Assembly (NCBI GenBank): GCA_019058295.1
Contig: JAHPZI010000014.1
Location: 1 to 64,000, forward strand
Origin: Promethearchaeota archaeon
GTDB taxonomy: Archaea; Asgardarchaeota; Lokiarchaeia; Sigyniarchaeales; SOKP01
DNA: 64,000 nt
Direction: 5' to 3'
Part shown: positions 1-9,808 of the stretch, one piece after another
Layout of the letters: each line of letters opens with the position of its first letter
Position numbering within the stretch: the stretch's first letter is position 1
Made by a program: the position numbers and the translations under genes
The notes under the pieces: generated by a model
What the model was told of the DNA's origin: nothing
What the model saw: the letters and a program-made list of their open reading frames with translations, nothing else
Databases searched by the model: none

Positions 1-245
1 TCATTCAAGGCGATTTTATCGAAGCTGGCTTTAATGATATAACCGCTCTTGGAGTGTAAATCCTCATACCATTTCTTTTTTTCAGGGCTAATGGGATAGA
101 CAACGCCTTCATACAAAAAGATATTGTTCAATGTCCGGTTCTGAGAGAGGATATTCTTAAGTTTTTCATAATCCGCTTTAATTCTATATTTTTGGAAGCC
201 TTTGAAAATGTTGCTGTTATCAATAAAGATAATGATTCGCTCCAT
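1..245 (-). CDS. NYN/LabA-DUF88 (PIN-like) domain protein, N-terminal part (runs off window edge)
   Basis: Manual translation from ATG at 245: MERIIIFIDNSNIFKGFQKYRIKADYEKLKNIL...; the IFIDxxN motif is typical of NYN domains. Not in the ORF track. Confidence 0.75.
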   Translation of the reverse strand, partial: MERIIIFIDNSNIFKGFQKYRIKADYEKLKNILSQNRTLNNIFLYEGVVYPISPEKKKWYEDLHSKSGYIIKASFDKIALN

Positions 246-435
246 TTCAATTAACCATAATTAATACTTTAAAAAGGAAATTTTTATGCATCATTAAATC
301 TACTAAATAGTATAAGTAAGAATAATGTTTATATATGGGAGCATCCACATAATGATTATTTATTTGTCCTTATTGGTTATTTTAAAAAAAAAATTATATG
401 GGCTAAATAATAAAATCACGGTTTAAGAAAACGGG

Positions 436-1926
436 ATGAAGCTTAAAATGGATAAAAAATATCTGGTTTTAATATTCTTTTTACAGTCATGGATTCTTTT
501 CGGTTTTTTAATGACCACACCTATTCAATCCGTAGATTCAATCCAAGAGACCTCCGATGTATCAGCAAAACCGAGCGCTGCTTGGAAGTATGTACGCATC
601 CTTGATGAATTTATCATAAATGATGAGACCGTCTTAGACCAACAATATCCGGCAATTTGCAACCTTACTGGTGATACGTTTGCTGTAGCTTGGGAGAGTC
701 AGGATCAAGATGGCAGTGGTGATGGTATCTATACGAGTGTTTTTAGTGCAAGCACGGGGAAGAATCTCACAAATGAAGTGAAGGCGAATTATAATGCTAC
801 AAATTCTCAATGGAACCCTTCAATTTGTACGCTTTCCAGTGATACATATGCTGTAGCGTGGGACAGCAATGAACAAGATGGAGATAATAGGGGTATATAT
901 GCGAGGATATTTAACGCAACGACGGGTAAAAATATTACTAAAGAATTTAGGGCAAATTATGAAACTAGTGGTATGCAATTTCAATCTTCAATGTGTCTGC
1001 TTTCGAATGGTAACCTTCTCATCGCTTGGACAAGCAATCAAGTTGGCTCCCAACATGACATTTACGCCCGAGTGTTTAATACGACCACATGGAATAATGT
1101 CACTGCGGAAAAGCGGTTAAATGTAAATAATGCTGAAAATCAATGGTATCCATCTGTCTGTGCCCTTTCCAATAATAAGTTTGCTGCAGCGTGGCAAAGC
1201 TATGACCAAGATGCTCCAAATACTTATGGCACTTATGCAAGGGTATTTAACGGAACGGATGGTGAAAGTCTCTCGGGGGAATTCCGGTTAAATCATAAAA
1301 CTACAAATAACCAATACAATCCTTCTATTTGTACACTTTCCAGCGATATTTTTGCTGCGGTATGGCATAGTATGGGTCAAGATGGTTCTGGTAATGGTGT
1401 TTATACTAGAATATTTAATGCAACCACGAACACTAATATCACATCAGAAACTCGGGTGAACCAAGAAACGTACTCACATCAAGAATGGGCTTCAATTTGC
1501 GCGCTTTCCGAGGATTATTATGTAATGGCGTGGCAAAGTTATGAACAAGATGGCGATAGTATTGGTATATATGGAAGAATATTCAACGCGAAGACGGGAA
1601 CTGCTGTAACGCCTGAATTTGGTATTAATCAAATTGTATTGAATCAACAGAACCAACCTTCGATTTGTGCGCTTTCCAGCACCAGCTTTGCCGTAGTGTG
1701 GAATAGTAACAAGAGTATCGATCTATATGATGTACATTGTACAACTTACCGACTGACAGCCGCAGGGAAGGCATTGATTGGGATTGCTGCTGCTGATGAT
1801 GACGATGATGATGATGAGGCAGAGATTTCTGGATATGATGTCTCGATATTGATTGGTGGAATCGCAGTAATATCAGTTGCGCTTATTTTAATTAAATGGA
1901 AATTAAAACATTCTTTCAAAAAATAA
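436..1926 (+). CDS. Secreted/surface beta-propeller repeat protein with C-terminal membrane anchor
   Basis: N-terminal hydrophobic signal; about 7 repeats of ~56 aa (Q..PSICxL....F(A/V)xxWxS..QDG...GIY.R.F); many NxT/S sequons; poly-Asp linker, ISGY, TM helix and basic tail. Confidence 0.75.
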   Translation: MKLKMDKKYLVLIFFLQSWILFGFLMTTPIQSVDSIQETSDVSAKPSAAWKYVRILDEFIINDETVLDQQYPAICNLTGDTFAVAWESQDQDGSGDGIYTSVFSASTGKNLTNEVKANYNATNSQWNPSICTLSSDTYAVAWDSNEQDGDNRGIYARIFNATTGKNITKEFRANYETSGMQFQSSMCLLSNGNLLIAWTSNQVGSQHDIYARVFNTTTWNNVTAEKRLNVNNAENQWYPSVCALSNNKFAAAWQSYDQDAPNTYGTYARVFNGTDGESLSGEFRLNHKTTNNQYNPSICTLSSDIFAAVWHSMGQDGSGNGVYTRIFNATTNTNITSETRVNQETYSHQEWASICALSEDYYVMAWQSYEQDGDSIGIYGRIFNAKTGTAVTPEFGINQIVLNQQNQPSICALSSTSFAVVWNSNKSIDLYDVHCTTYRLTAAGKALIGIAAADDDDDDDEAEISGYDVSILIGGIAVISVALILIKWKLKHSFKK

Positions 1927-1970
1927 TTAATAAAATCTTCATTTTTTTTTTAATTTAAATGTTTAACATT

Positions 1971-4031
1971 TTAAATATCGATATCTACGCTTACAGCAGG
2001 ATGATCGGAGTTATCTCCACCTAGATAATTACACTCATCTACTTTACCTATTAAATCATCTGAGACAAAAATAAAATCTATTCTGTCTCTCATTTTGAAT
2101 CCACCATTACTATCTCCAGCAATTTCCCAACAATCATTCAATTCTTCAATAGTCATATTATAACGGTTCTCATCGTGTTCAAAATTAAAATCGCCCATAA
2201 GAATTACATTATCTTTATGTTTCACTTGGTCTATGATAGTAATTATTTGGCTTCGCTGGGAGGGGTCATCAAAATTTCCTAAATGAGTAACAAAAATATT
2301 ATAAGTGGTATGTTTGATTTTTATTTTGGCTTGGATGGTGGCAGTCTGTTCTCCAATACTATACATATAGAAGGTTTTGGCATTTTTAATAGGATATTTT
2401 GAAAGTAAAGCTACCCCATAATTTCCAGTTACAGTTTTGGGGCCATAATAAGAATATAGATTAAGTTCATTGGCAACGTAGCGAACGAAATCAGCATTTC
2501 CGCTAGAAATTCTCGCAAGATCTGATTCTACTAATCCTATTATATCGGCATCTGCGTCTTTTATTACTTTTAATTGACCCTCAAAATTTTTTTCTCCGTA
2601 TTTATCAAATCCTTGCTGAATATTATATGAGAAAATTGTGATTGAATCGACAGAACCAGAAGGTTTAGAAGGATAAGATTCCACCATTATTGCACTTACA
2701 GCAGTGGCGCCGCATAAGATTCCAATTAAGGATGATATTAGAATTTTGTTTTTTAAATGGATATGAAAGCTATTTCTATAAAAGATCATAGTTTTCTCTT
2801 TAACTAATATGACTGACAATGTAATTCCAAGTCCAATAACAAGAAACACATACCATAAACCATCTCTAAAAAAAGGGCCAATCACAGGAATATAATCATA
2901 CGTTATTGTAAATATAATCGCAAAAATCATTAAGGTGAAAAATAGTGAAGCTAATGTAAAAGATTTACCTAGTTTTGGTAGAGAGGGTTTACACAAGACT
3001 AATTCACGAGATAAAATGGTGAAATCAATTAGGATGATAGGGGAGACGAGGAGCATTAGATAAAGTGGGATTTGAAAAATTAATACTTCTAATGTAGTAG
3101 ATGGCCTAACAAAGATTGGATATTCTTCATAATAGGGGGGAAAAAATAATTGATTTAACAAGATTGCTATAGTTAGGGATGAAATAAAAATCCCATTCCA
3201 AAGCAGAAGAATTCGTCGATTTATTCTACTTATTAAATCTGGTTTGAAAATAGCCACATAAATAAATATAAAGTTCACGGAAACTAATATAATCAATATC
3301 GCTATATAATTTGCTTCAGTCCATCTTGAGAACACTGTAGGACTACAGAACGTAAAATAAATCATGAGGATAATACTAATCATTCCTATTGTAAGACCGG
3401 CAATTTTCCATGTGGAAGAGTGTTGGGGATCGTTATCAGATTTCGTATTTGGTACTAATTTATTATCTGAATATTCCTGTTTTTCCATAGTCATAATTAC
3501 ACCATATAAAACAATCGCAGTTGCTCCACAAAGGATCCAGCTAATCCATTGTAGCCAAAAAAATAAGGTTATGTCAAAGGATGAGCCTAATGTTTTAAAA
3601 CAGATAAGTATTATAAGGGCAAGAGACAAACCTAATCCCATTAACAATCCTGTTTGCTCATCCTCATCCTGAATTTTCTTCTTAATGAAGACAGGAAGAA
3701 AAATTAGGAAACCACCGACCCCAATTCCTGCTGCAATCATTTTAGGCTGTAAAATTAGGAAACTTTCAAGAATTCTACAACTTATTATGATTTCCCCGAG
3801 AATTATTAGACTTTTTTTAGTGACCTCCTTATTCTTTCCATAAAATATGAGTATAATTGGTGCTAAAATAAAGAACACCCCCAACACATTCTCGTTTAAG
3901 GAAACGGTAATAAGATTTAATGAGAAAATAGTTTCAACAAAATCCGAGATTAACTGGAAAAAAATAACAAACATTAACGAAATGAGAAGTAGTTCGGATT
4001 GTTTATTCTTGAACAAATTTACAGAAACCAT
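1971..4031 (-). CDS. Multi-pass membrane protein with C-terminal endonuclease/exonuclease/phosphatase (EEP) domain, Cwh43/PGAP2IP-like
   Basis: Many TM helices, then SYNIQQG, DIIGLVESD, GVALLSKYPI, VTHL, LMGDFN, IDFIF and SDH EEP motifs. Confidence 0.8.
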   Translation of the reverse strand: MVSVNLFKNKQSELLLISLMFVIFFQLISDFVETIFSLNLITVSLNENVLGVFFILAPIILIFYGKNKEVTKKSLIILGEIIISCRILESFLILQPKMIAAGIGVGGFLIFLPVFIKKKIQDEDEQTGLLMGLGLSLALIILICFKTLGSSFDITLFFWLQWISWILCGATAIVLYGVIMTMEKQEYSDNKLVPNTKSDNDPQHSSTWKIAGLTIGMISIILMIYFTFCSPTVFSRWTEANYIAILIILVSVNFIFIYVAIFKPDLISRINRRILLLWNGIFISSLTIAILLNQLFFPPYYEEYPIFVRPSTTLEVLIFQIPLYLMLLVSPIILIDFTILSRELVLCKPSLPKLGKSFTLASLFFTLMIFAIIFTITYDYIPVIGPFFRDGLWYVFLVIGLGITLSVILVKEKTMIFYRNSFHIHLKNKILISSLIGILCGATAVSAIMVESYPSKPSGSVDSITIFSYNIQQGFDKYGEKNFEGQLKVIKDADADIIGLVESDLARISSGNADFVRYVANELNLYSYYGPKTVTGNYGVALLSKYPIKNAKTFYMYSIGEQTATIQAKIKIKHTTYNIFVTHLGNFDDPSQRSQIITIIDQVKHKDNVILMGDFNFEHDENRYNMTIEELNDCWEIAGDSNGGFKMRDRIDFIFVSDDLIGKVDECNYLGGDNSDHPAVSVDIDI

Positions 4032-4091
4032 TCTAAATCATAAAAAAGTAATTTTTCATAATTATTTTAGAATTTAATCGAACGATTATTT

Positions 4092-5237
4092 TTATTGAGG
4101 GATTTTTAACGTGTTTTCTTTCTTTTTCATAGGTTCTTTCGAAAGGGTTTTTTTGAGGTATTCAGGAAAAGCGGTGGTTATTTCCAAGTTCGTCTTTAAA
4201 GCAAAATATCTTTCACCACCGATGTTAATTTCATCGATTATATCGACTTTTTTCAGATAATCAATGGTTTCGGGCAAAGTTTCTGAGGTTTTTTTTGATA
4301 GCAATTTAGGCAGCTGGTTTTTTTGGATCGGTCTATGTCTTAGTGCAGAGATTACATTGTATTTTTTGGCATCAGAAACTATTTGAATAAGGTTGAAAGA
4401 GTCCTCTTTAATTTCTTTTTTAGTTTTCTTTTCGTGTTCGTTAAAATAATCCTGAACTTTAGGAAGTAGCGAGTCCATAAGTTCTGGAATCTCGTCGATG
4501 TACTCAATAACGCTATCTGGAGGCATTCTTTTGGCAACTACCTCTTTTAACAGAATCACGTATTTTTCGACTAATCCGATTTGATTTACGAAGATGAGCT
4601 GTTTTTCGACCAAGGTATCAATCGTTTCTTTGAAGTTTACGTCGGGGAATTTATTGGTGAACCATTCTTTCAGATCCCCTAAGGTTAAAGTTCCATTTGA
4701 TAATTTTCTTAATGTTGAGAACATATGTCTTTTCTTTAGCAGACGCGCAATCTCTTCTTCTTCGGTTTTTTCTCTTATTTCTTCTAAGATCTCCCAATAT
4801 AGGTCTTCTACCCATGATTTTAGTAATGAATAATTTTTAATCACATCATTTCTTTCATTTTGATCCAAGTTATTAAGCTCGTAAAAGTAAAAACTGGTGA
4901 AAATTTCGTCGTTAGATTTTAATTTTTTAACAAAATCCGCAGATAGTGAATGCACGCTCAGTTCCATCTCTGGGGTTGTTTGCTGGTCGAAAAACATGAT
5001 TGAAATCATGATCATATCTTTATTTCCGCGAGCCCAGTCTGAGGCAATTTCGAAGTAATAATTCATACAGTTAATACTTCCAATCGATCTAGTAAAAAAG
5101 CCTTCTTCGAACGTTTGGTCCATTACGCTTGCTATTTTAGTAGACAAATCTTCATCTAAAGAATCTTCTGGGTAAGAGTAGAACATAGTGGGCCCGATTT
5201 TCCTGTGAAAATAGCTAATAGTGACTACGATAGTCAT
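4092..5237 (-). CDS. Longin/uDENN-like protein (NPRL2/folliculin-like N-terminus) with probable C-terminal winged-helix domains
   Basis: SYFHRKIGPTMFYSYPED and FEIASDWARG motifs; helical C-terminal repeats. Confidence 0.6.
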   Translation of the reverse strand: MTIVVTISYFHRKIGPTMFYSYPEDSLDEDLSTKIASVMDQTFEEGFFTRSIGSINCMNYYFEIASDWARGNKDMIMISIMFFDQQTTPEMELSVHSLSADFVKKLKSNDEIFTSFYFYELNNLDQNERNDVIKNYSLLKSWVEDLYWEILEEIREKTEEEEIARLLKKRHMFSTLRKLSNGTLTLGDLKEWFTNKFPDVNFKETIDTLVEKQLIFVNQIGLVEKYVILLKEVVAKRMPPDSVIEYIDEIPELMDSLLPKVQDYFNEHEKKTKKEIKEDSFNLIQIVSDAKKYNVISALRHRPIQKNQLPKLLSKKTSETLPETIDYLKKVDIIDEINIGGERYFALKTNLEITTAFPEYLKKTLSKEPMKKKENTLKIPQ

Positions 5238-5347
5238 TTAAAAAAACACCTAATCTTAATAATTCAAATCGTATTTATAAAATCTCTGGATATATATTAT
5301 AATTCTTTTTAACTCAATAATGATATGAAATGAATACAATGCAATCT

Positions 5348-5698
5348 TCAACAAGTTAAATGAAATCCTCCAGCAATATTTTTTTCTCTTTTAATTTCTT
5401 GGTTATATTTCTCAACCGCTTGTTTAGTTGGATATGATAAAATCTCGAAATCTAAATGTTTTGATAATTCTGCCGGGACAGTCATCATTCCATAAGCTCC
5501 TGTGCCGATTATTAAAATTTCTGGTCCATACTCTACGACCTCTTTCAAATCATCTTTAACTAAGTTGTGCCCTTTTTTCCGCCACCATTTCGGCTTCACT
5601 TTTGTTCCAAGTATAATTATATCGCTCGTATAAGTTTTGTTTTCGATAATAATCTTGCCAAACTCATAACCGCTTATGAATTCCGGAGCCACAAACAA
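5348..5698 (-). CDS. Mth938-like (DUF498) domain protein
   Basis: YEFGKIII...WWRKKGH...PEILIIGTGAYG...GGFHLTC. Confidence 0.85.
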   Translation of the reverse strand: MFVAPEFISGYEFGKIIIENKTYTSDIIILGTKVKPKWWRKKGHNLVKDDLKEVVEYGPEILIIGTGAYGMMTVPAELSKHLDFEILSYPTKQAVEKYNQEIKREKNIAGGFHLTC

Positions 5699-5950
5699 GG
5701 TATGTTTAAATCATTTAAATATTTATTTACCGGGCAGAGTTTTTGAAAATTTTGTAAAGTTTAGAAAAAATTATTTTTTCAAATCGGTTTTAAATTAGAA
5801 TTTGACGAGGAATGTATTATTTGTAAGTGCTGTGGAGAGGAAGTTAATTAATTTTACAATTATGTAAAAAGAAGATGGCTAAAACTTTAAATGAAATAAT
5901 TTCATAAAAATCTTATTTAAAATTCTAATTAAAAAAGAAATGATGATATT

Positions 5951-6679
5951 ATGGTGTATGTATCTGATTTAGAAATTATGTCTGGAATTTCAAGTATCTT
6001 TGGAACTCTGTTCACCTTTATTTTAGGTGCTATCATGATCCGTAAATATATTCGATATAGAGAAAGAACTCTATTACTAATGAGTTTAACTATGATGTTC
6101 GTAGGTCAACCTTGGTGGCCTTATGCTATTGATGTTATTCTTATTCTCACAACTGGAGAATATCTTTCTATACAGCAGCATGTCTTAATTGGTCATACTT
6201 TACAACCTTTCGCTATATTATTATGGATGTTTGTAATGTCTGAACTTTTATGGAAAAATAAACAAAAATTAATTACAATTATAACTGCGATTTTTTCTAC
6301 GATATATGAGACGGTTGTACTTTACACAATTTTCATAGATCCTTCGAGATTCGTAATAGAGGAAAGCACTCTCGATTATACATACCTATCGCTATTTTTG
6401 CTTTGTCAACTTATATCTTTGATTGTTGTAATAATAACAGGTATTCTCTTTTTTCTGGGATCACGGAAATCTCCACAACCAGATATTAGGTTAAAGGGTA
6501 TATTATTTATTATATCAGTTTTGTCATATACTACAGCGGCAATTATAGATTCAGCTCTAACTTTAACTTTGATATTGTTATTTATAGTAAGAATATTACT
6601 TGTATCATCCTCGATTGAGATCTACATGGCGTTTGCCATGCCTAAATGGGTTCGGAAACTCTTTTTAAAAGAAGAGTAA
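5951..6679 (+). CDS. Hypothetical ~7TM membrane protein
   Basis: About seven hydrophobic segments; C-terminal MPKWVRKLF. Confidence 0.7.
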   Translation: MVYVSDLEIMSGISSIFGTLFTFILGAIMIRKYIRYRERTLLLMSLTMMFVGQPWWPYAIDVILILTTGEYLSIQQHVLIGHTLQPFAILLWMFVMSELLWKNKQKLITIITAIFSTIYETVVLYTIFIDPSRFVIEESTLDYTYLSLFLLCQLISLIVVIITGILFFLGSRKSPQPDIRLKGILFIISVLSYTTAAIIDSALTLTLILLFIVRILLVSSSIEIYMAFAMPKWVRKLFLKEE

Positions 6680-6739
6680 AAAATTATAAGAGATTTTAAG
6701 TTTGGAAATGAAATTTAGTAATTTAATTCATTTCTCTTT

Positions 6740-7339
6740 TTATTCAAAAGATTGTTTCTTTAGTAACATATTTAGTTCAGCGATTAACCAGCATAATTCA
6801 TCGTAGGTGGAGGAAGATTTATGAATTTCCTTGGCTTTTTTATTTATTTCTGCGGCTGTGATTTTATTTTTGTCTTTAATAATTGCTAATTGCGCCTTTG
6901 CAAGGTCTTTGCATAAATCCTCGTAAGACTTTTTCTCCTGGGCAAGCTTATGGGCGGCAATAGTTATTTCTCCTTCAAGGTCGGGTTCTAAGCCTATGTC
7001 GATAAGTTCCTTCGTATCTTCATATTGAATTTCTAATTCATCTCTTCTTTCTATGGAAGCTTTATCCTTTAATCCTGTTTTCAAAATGTCCATCATCGCA
7101 AGGAAAGCGCCAAATTCTTTGCCTTGATGTACAATTTGAATGTTGGCGGCAGTTTCTTTTTTTTCATTTAAAGCATCAGCTTTTTTCTGGCTCAGGTCTT
7201 TTTTCTTTTTAGAAGCTTTTTGCCCGAACCATAGATACATATTTTTATAATCGTCAACAAGATATACAGCGTTATCGGCAAACGCCAACTTGCCAATTTT
7301 TCTTAGCGCACCATTTTCAGCCACGCTATATAGTTTCAT
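6740..7339 (-). CDS. Gelsolin-domain protein with helical C-terminal extension (1DGelX-like)
   Basis: DNAVYLVDDYKNMYLWFGQKAS...IQIVHQGKEFGAF gelsolin core; duplicated (S/T)Y(E/D)(D/E)LC..(L/I)A motif in the C-terminal half. Confidence 0.75.
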   Translation of the reverse strand: MKLYSVAENGALRKIGKLAFADNAVYLVDDYKNMYLWFGQKASKKKKDLSQKKADALNEKKETAANIQIVHQGKEFGAFLAMMDILKTGLKDKASIERRDELEIQYEDTKELIDIGLEPDLEGEITIAAHKLAQEKKSYEDLCKDLAKAQLAIIKDKNKITAAEINKKAKEIHKSSSTYDELCWLIAELNMLLKKQSFE

Positions 7340-7462
7340 AATATTTCTTAATTTAGTCTTTCTTAATAATATAGTGAAAGTAGATAAACATAAAATATAT
7401 TTACTTATAGTACGAAATAAATTTAGAGAAAAAAAAATTTGAGATGTCGGATGTAGATTGAA

Positions 7463-8143
7463 ATGACGGAACTAAAGGTTTTCAACCCTGTGGAAGTTTA
7501 TATTATAGTCAAAGATGCGGGTATTTTACTATATAAATATTCAATTGTGGATTTTGGGGAAGTAGACAGGGATCAATTAATGTCTGGATTTCTATCAGCT
7601 CTCAATAATTTTGCCAAAGATTTAGACTTTCCAGCGGGTGTATCACTCATTCGATCTGGAACTTTAGAAGCCCGGTTCAATCCGGGGGAGCATATTTTAT
7701 CCGTATTAATTATCGATTATCAAATGCCTCTTGGCTCCTCCACCGAACACATTCTCAGCGAGCTTGCTGAGGAAATTACTAAACAGTTTGAAGAAAAATA
7801 TAAGGAGCCCTTAGAAAAACAGATGAAATCTAGTAAATTTAAACCAAAGGTCTTTAAGGACTTTTGGGAAGATATTGATCAAATCATTAATCAATTTGGC
7901 GAAGAATCGCATGAATTATATCAAAAATTGGTATTGATTGAGGCCATATATGCAAAAGTGCCACAAAAATGGTGTCTTCCGCTGATTGAACGAGCTGGAG
8001 AGGGAGAGCTAGTCGATATTGTGGAAAATATCCCAGAGAAGTATCATCGATTCTTAAAGGGAGCCATTCAAAAGGTAAATTTAAATAGTAAACCCGTGTG
8101 GGAAATCTTTGCTGTTCCTTTGCTTGATCCCAAGTCCCTTTAA
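7463..8143 (+). CDS. Longin-like domain protein
   Basis: VYIIVKDAGILLY...QLMSGFLSALNNFAKDL...ILSVLII...ILSELAEEITKQFEEKY pattern typical of Asgard longin domains. Confidence 0.65.
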   Translation: MTELKVFNPVEVYIIVKDAGILLYKYSIVDFGEVDRDQLMSGFLSALNNFAKDLDFPAGVSLIRSGTLEARFNPGEHILSVLIIDYQMPLGSSTEHILSELAEEITKQFEEKYKEPLEKQMKSSKFKPKVFKDFWEDIDQIINQFGEESHELYQKLVLIEAIYAKVPQKWCLPLIERAGEGELVDIVENIPEKYHRFLKGAIQKVNLNSKPVWEIFAVPLLDPKSL

Positions 8144-8267
8144 ACCTTCTTGTATCCTAATTTAGAGGAATTTATTTTACAATAATGTAAAGATTTATAT
8201 ATTTAAAAATTAAAATAATACTTACCAAGAAATTCAATTTTAAAAAAAAATACGGAGAGTGATAATT

Positions 8268-8600
8268 ATGGTTTTAATGTTTAATCAAGTTATGTTTCCC
8301 CCTAATCAATCCAGTAAAGTTGCACAAAAGTTTATTGAGTGGGTCCAAAAAAATCCTCCAGATCCCACAATCGAGAAAAATATTTGTATCGGTGTTAGAA
8401 ATACTGAAGATGGGAATATATTAGTAATAGGTATTGGTGACGTACCGAAAGGAAAAGTTGAAGAAGCTTTAAAGACTGGTACAGAACAAAATTTATTCAT
8501 GGCTTCTGGAATTGAGGGGCTTAAATACAAGCTTGATGTAATGCTGAACTACACAGAAGCATATAAAATTCTAGGAATGACCGCTCCTGAAGTAGATTGA
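8268..8600 (+). CDS. Hypothetical protein
   Basis: ORF with an SD-like GGAGAGTGA upstream of ATG 8268 (the track starts at GTG 8259); followed by a T-tract. Confidence 0.7.
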   Translation: MVLMFNQVMFPPNQSSKVAQKFIEWVQKNPPDPTIEKNICIGVRNTEDGNILVIGIGDVPKGKVEEALKTGTEQNLFMASGIEGLKYKLDVMLNYTEAYKILGMTAPEVD

Positions 8601-8712
8601 TCTCAAAATCAGAAAATTATAATTCTAACTTTATTTTTTTTTTTTACACTACTATTATAATTAAGGAAAAAAAAAAGTATTTAATTTATTGATTTTAGTT
8701 CTTATCCCTATT

Positions 8713-9108
8713 CTATTTTCCCTCTTGTAAGTAAAAATAGATACCAACAACGATTAAAGCGAAAATCAGTATAATATCAAACAATTCGCTTCCGAAATTG
8801 ACTGCTGAACGAGTTATAATGAACAAGGTCGCAAGATTTATAATGTTTGTCATTATGAGCCAGATGATCACAAACTCCCAAAGAATTTTTATACTCTCCC
8901 ATTCTGCTCTCTTAATCATGAGTACGCCAAAGATTCCTAAAACTATTAAAAGGCCACCCCAAAGTCTCCAAAAATGTGGATCATAATTAGGGGCATCATT
9001 TAAATCAGCAAGTATCTCTGGAATAACCAAATAAAAGAATCCATAGATAAAAGCAATAATCGTATTAATTATTAAAAGTAATTTCATCCTTTTTGAGATT
9101 TCCGTCAT
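8713..9108 (-). CDS. 131-aa 4TM membrane protein, divergent paralog of the three downstream genes
   Basis: Same length and shared motifs (YG.....PE; R..GG; ..WE.I) with 9371, 10037 and 10663. Confidence 0.75.
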   Translation of the reverse strand: MTEISKRMKLLLIINTIIAFIYGFFYLVIPEILADLNDAPNYDPHFWRLWGGLLIVLGIFGVLMIKRAEWESIKILWEFVIIWLIMTNIINLATLFIITRSAVNFGSELFDIILIFALIVVGIYFYLQEGK

Positions 9109-9249
9109 TAGGTTTATCCTCTTTTTTTTTATATTGGAGTTATATTTTTTGTTAGATATTTTACATTTATGATAAGAAAGTATTTATACATTATTGTCTC
9201 TAAAAAGAAACTTAAAGTTAAAACTCTCTTTTAACCGTTCAAGAAAGCC

Positions 9250-9286
9250 AAATTTCATACATTTTTGTTGAAAGATTTAAAACTGA
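9250..9286 (+). promoter_or_regulatory. Putative BRE/TATA promoter with upstream imperfect inverted repeat (also at ~9914-9950 and ~10541-10576)
   Basis: GAAAGA-TTTAAAA box conserved in all three units, preceded by TTCA.ACA(A/T)TTTTGTTGAA. Confidence 0.5.
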
Positions 9287-9370
9287 ATTGTTCTTATTTT
9301 TAATTTATTAACATTTACTAAAAAGTAGAAATTCTAAAAATTCAATAAAACAAAATTGGAGGGAAAAACA

Positions 9371-9766
9371 ATGGCATTTGATGTTGAGAAAGAAATTAAA
9401 ATATTTTTGATTTCAGGTGTAATAGTGTTGCTTGTTTACGGTGTATGGCTTTTCATCTCCCCTGAATCTTATCGGGCCCTATTGGGTAGTAGTCGCTACT
9501 TTAATCCGGTGGGCGATAGAATGATAGGAGGAATTTTTATAGCTTGGGCGATAATTGCAATAAGATTAATTAAGATAAGTGATAACTGGGAGAAGATTGA
9601 GGAATGGATATTATTTACAGCAATAGCAGAAATTTTAATTACTATAGCTCAACTTTTGGGCATTATTTTGTATCAAATATTATCTATTGGTACCATAATA
9701 GCGATGATTATTACCATCTTTTTCGCTATAGTTGCTATTCATATTTTTATACAAAAGCGCAATTAA
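9371..9766 (+). CDS. 131-aa 4TM membrane protein, tandem copy 1
   Basis: MAFDVEKEIKIF...IQKRN; ATG 9371 follows GGAGGG (the track starts at TTG 9356). Confidence 0.85.
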   Translation: MAFDVEKEIKIFLISGVIVLLVYGVWLFISPESYRALLGSSRYFNPVGDRMIGGIFIAWAIIAIRLIKISDNWEKIEEWILFTAIAEILITIAQLLGIILYQILSIGTIIAMIITIFFAIVAIHIFIQKRN

Positions 9767-9773
9767 AAGCAAT

Positions 9774-9808
9774 AAGGAACTACTTTAAATTAAAATCCTT
9801 TTTTTTTT
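9774..9808 (+). terminator. Hairpin plus T-tract terminator (also ~10441-10476 and ~11067-11105)
   Basis: AAGGA..TTTAA-A-TTAAAA-TCCTT inverted repeat followed by poly-T just after each stop codon. Confidence 0.55.

Noticed and set aside
1795-1818. (GAT)n microsatellite as a phase-variation site
   Set aside because: An in-frame trinucleotide run encoding the poly-Asp linker; length change would not shift the frame.
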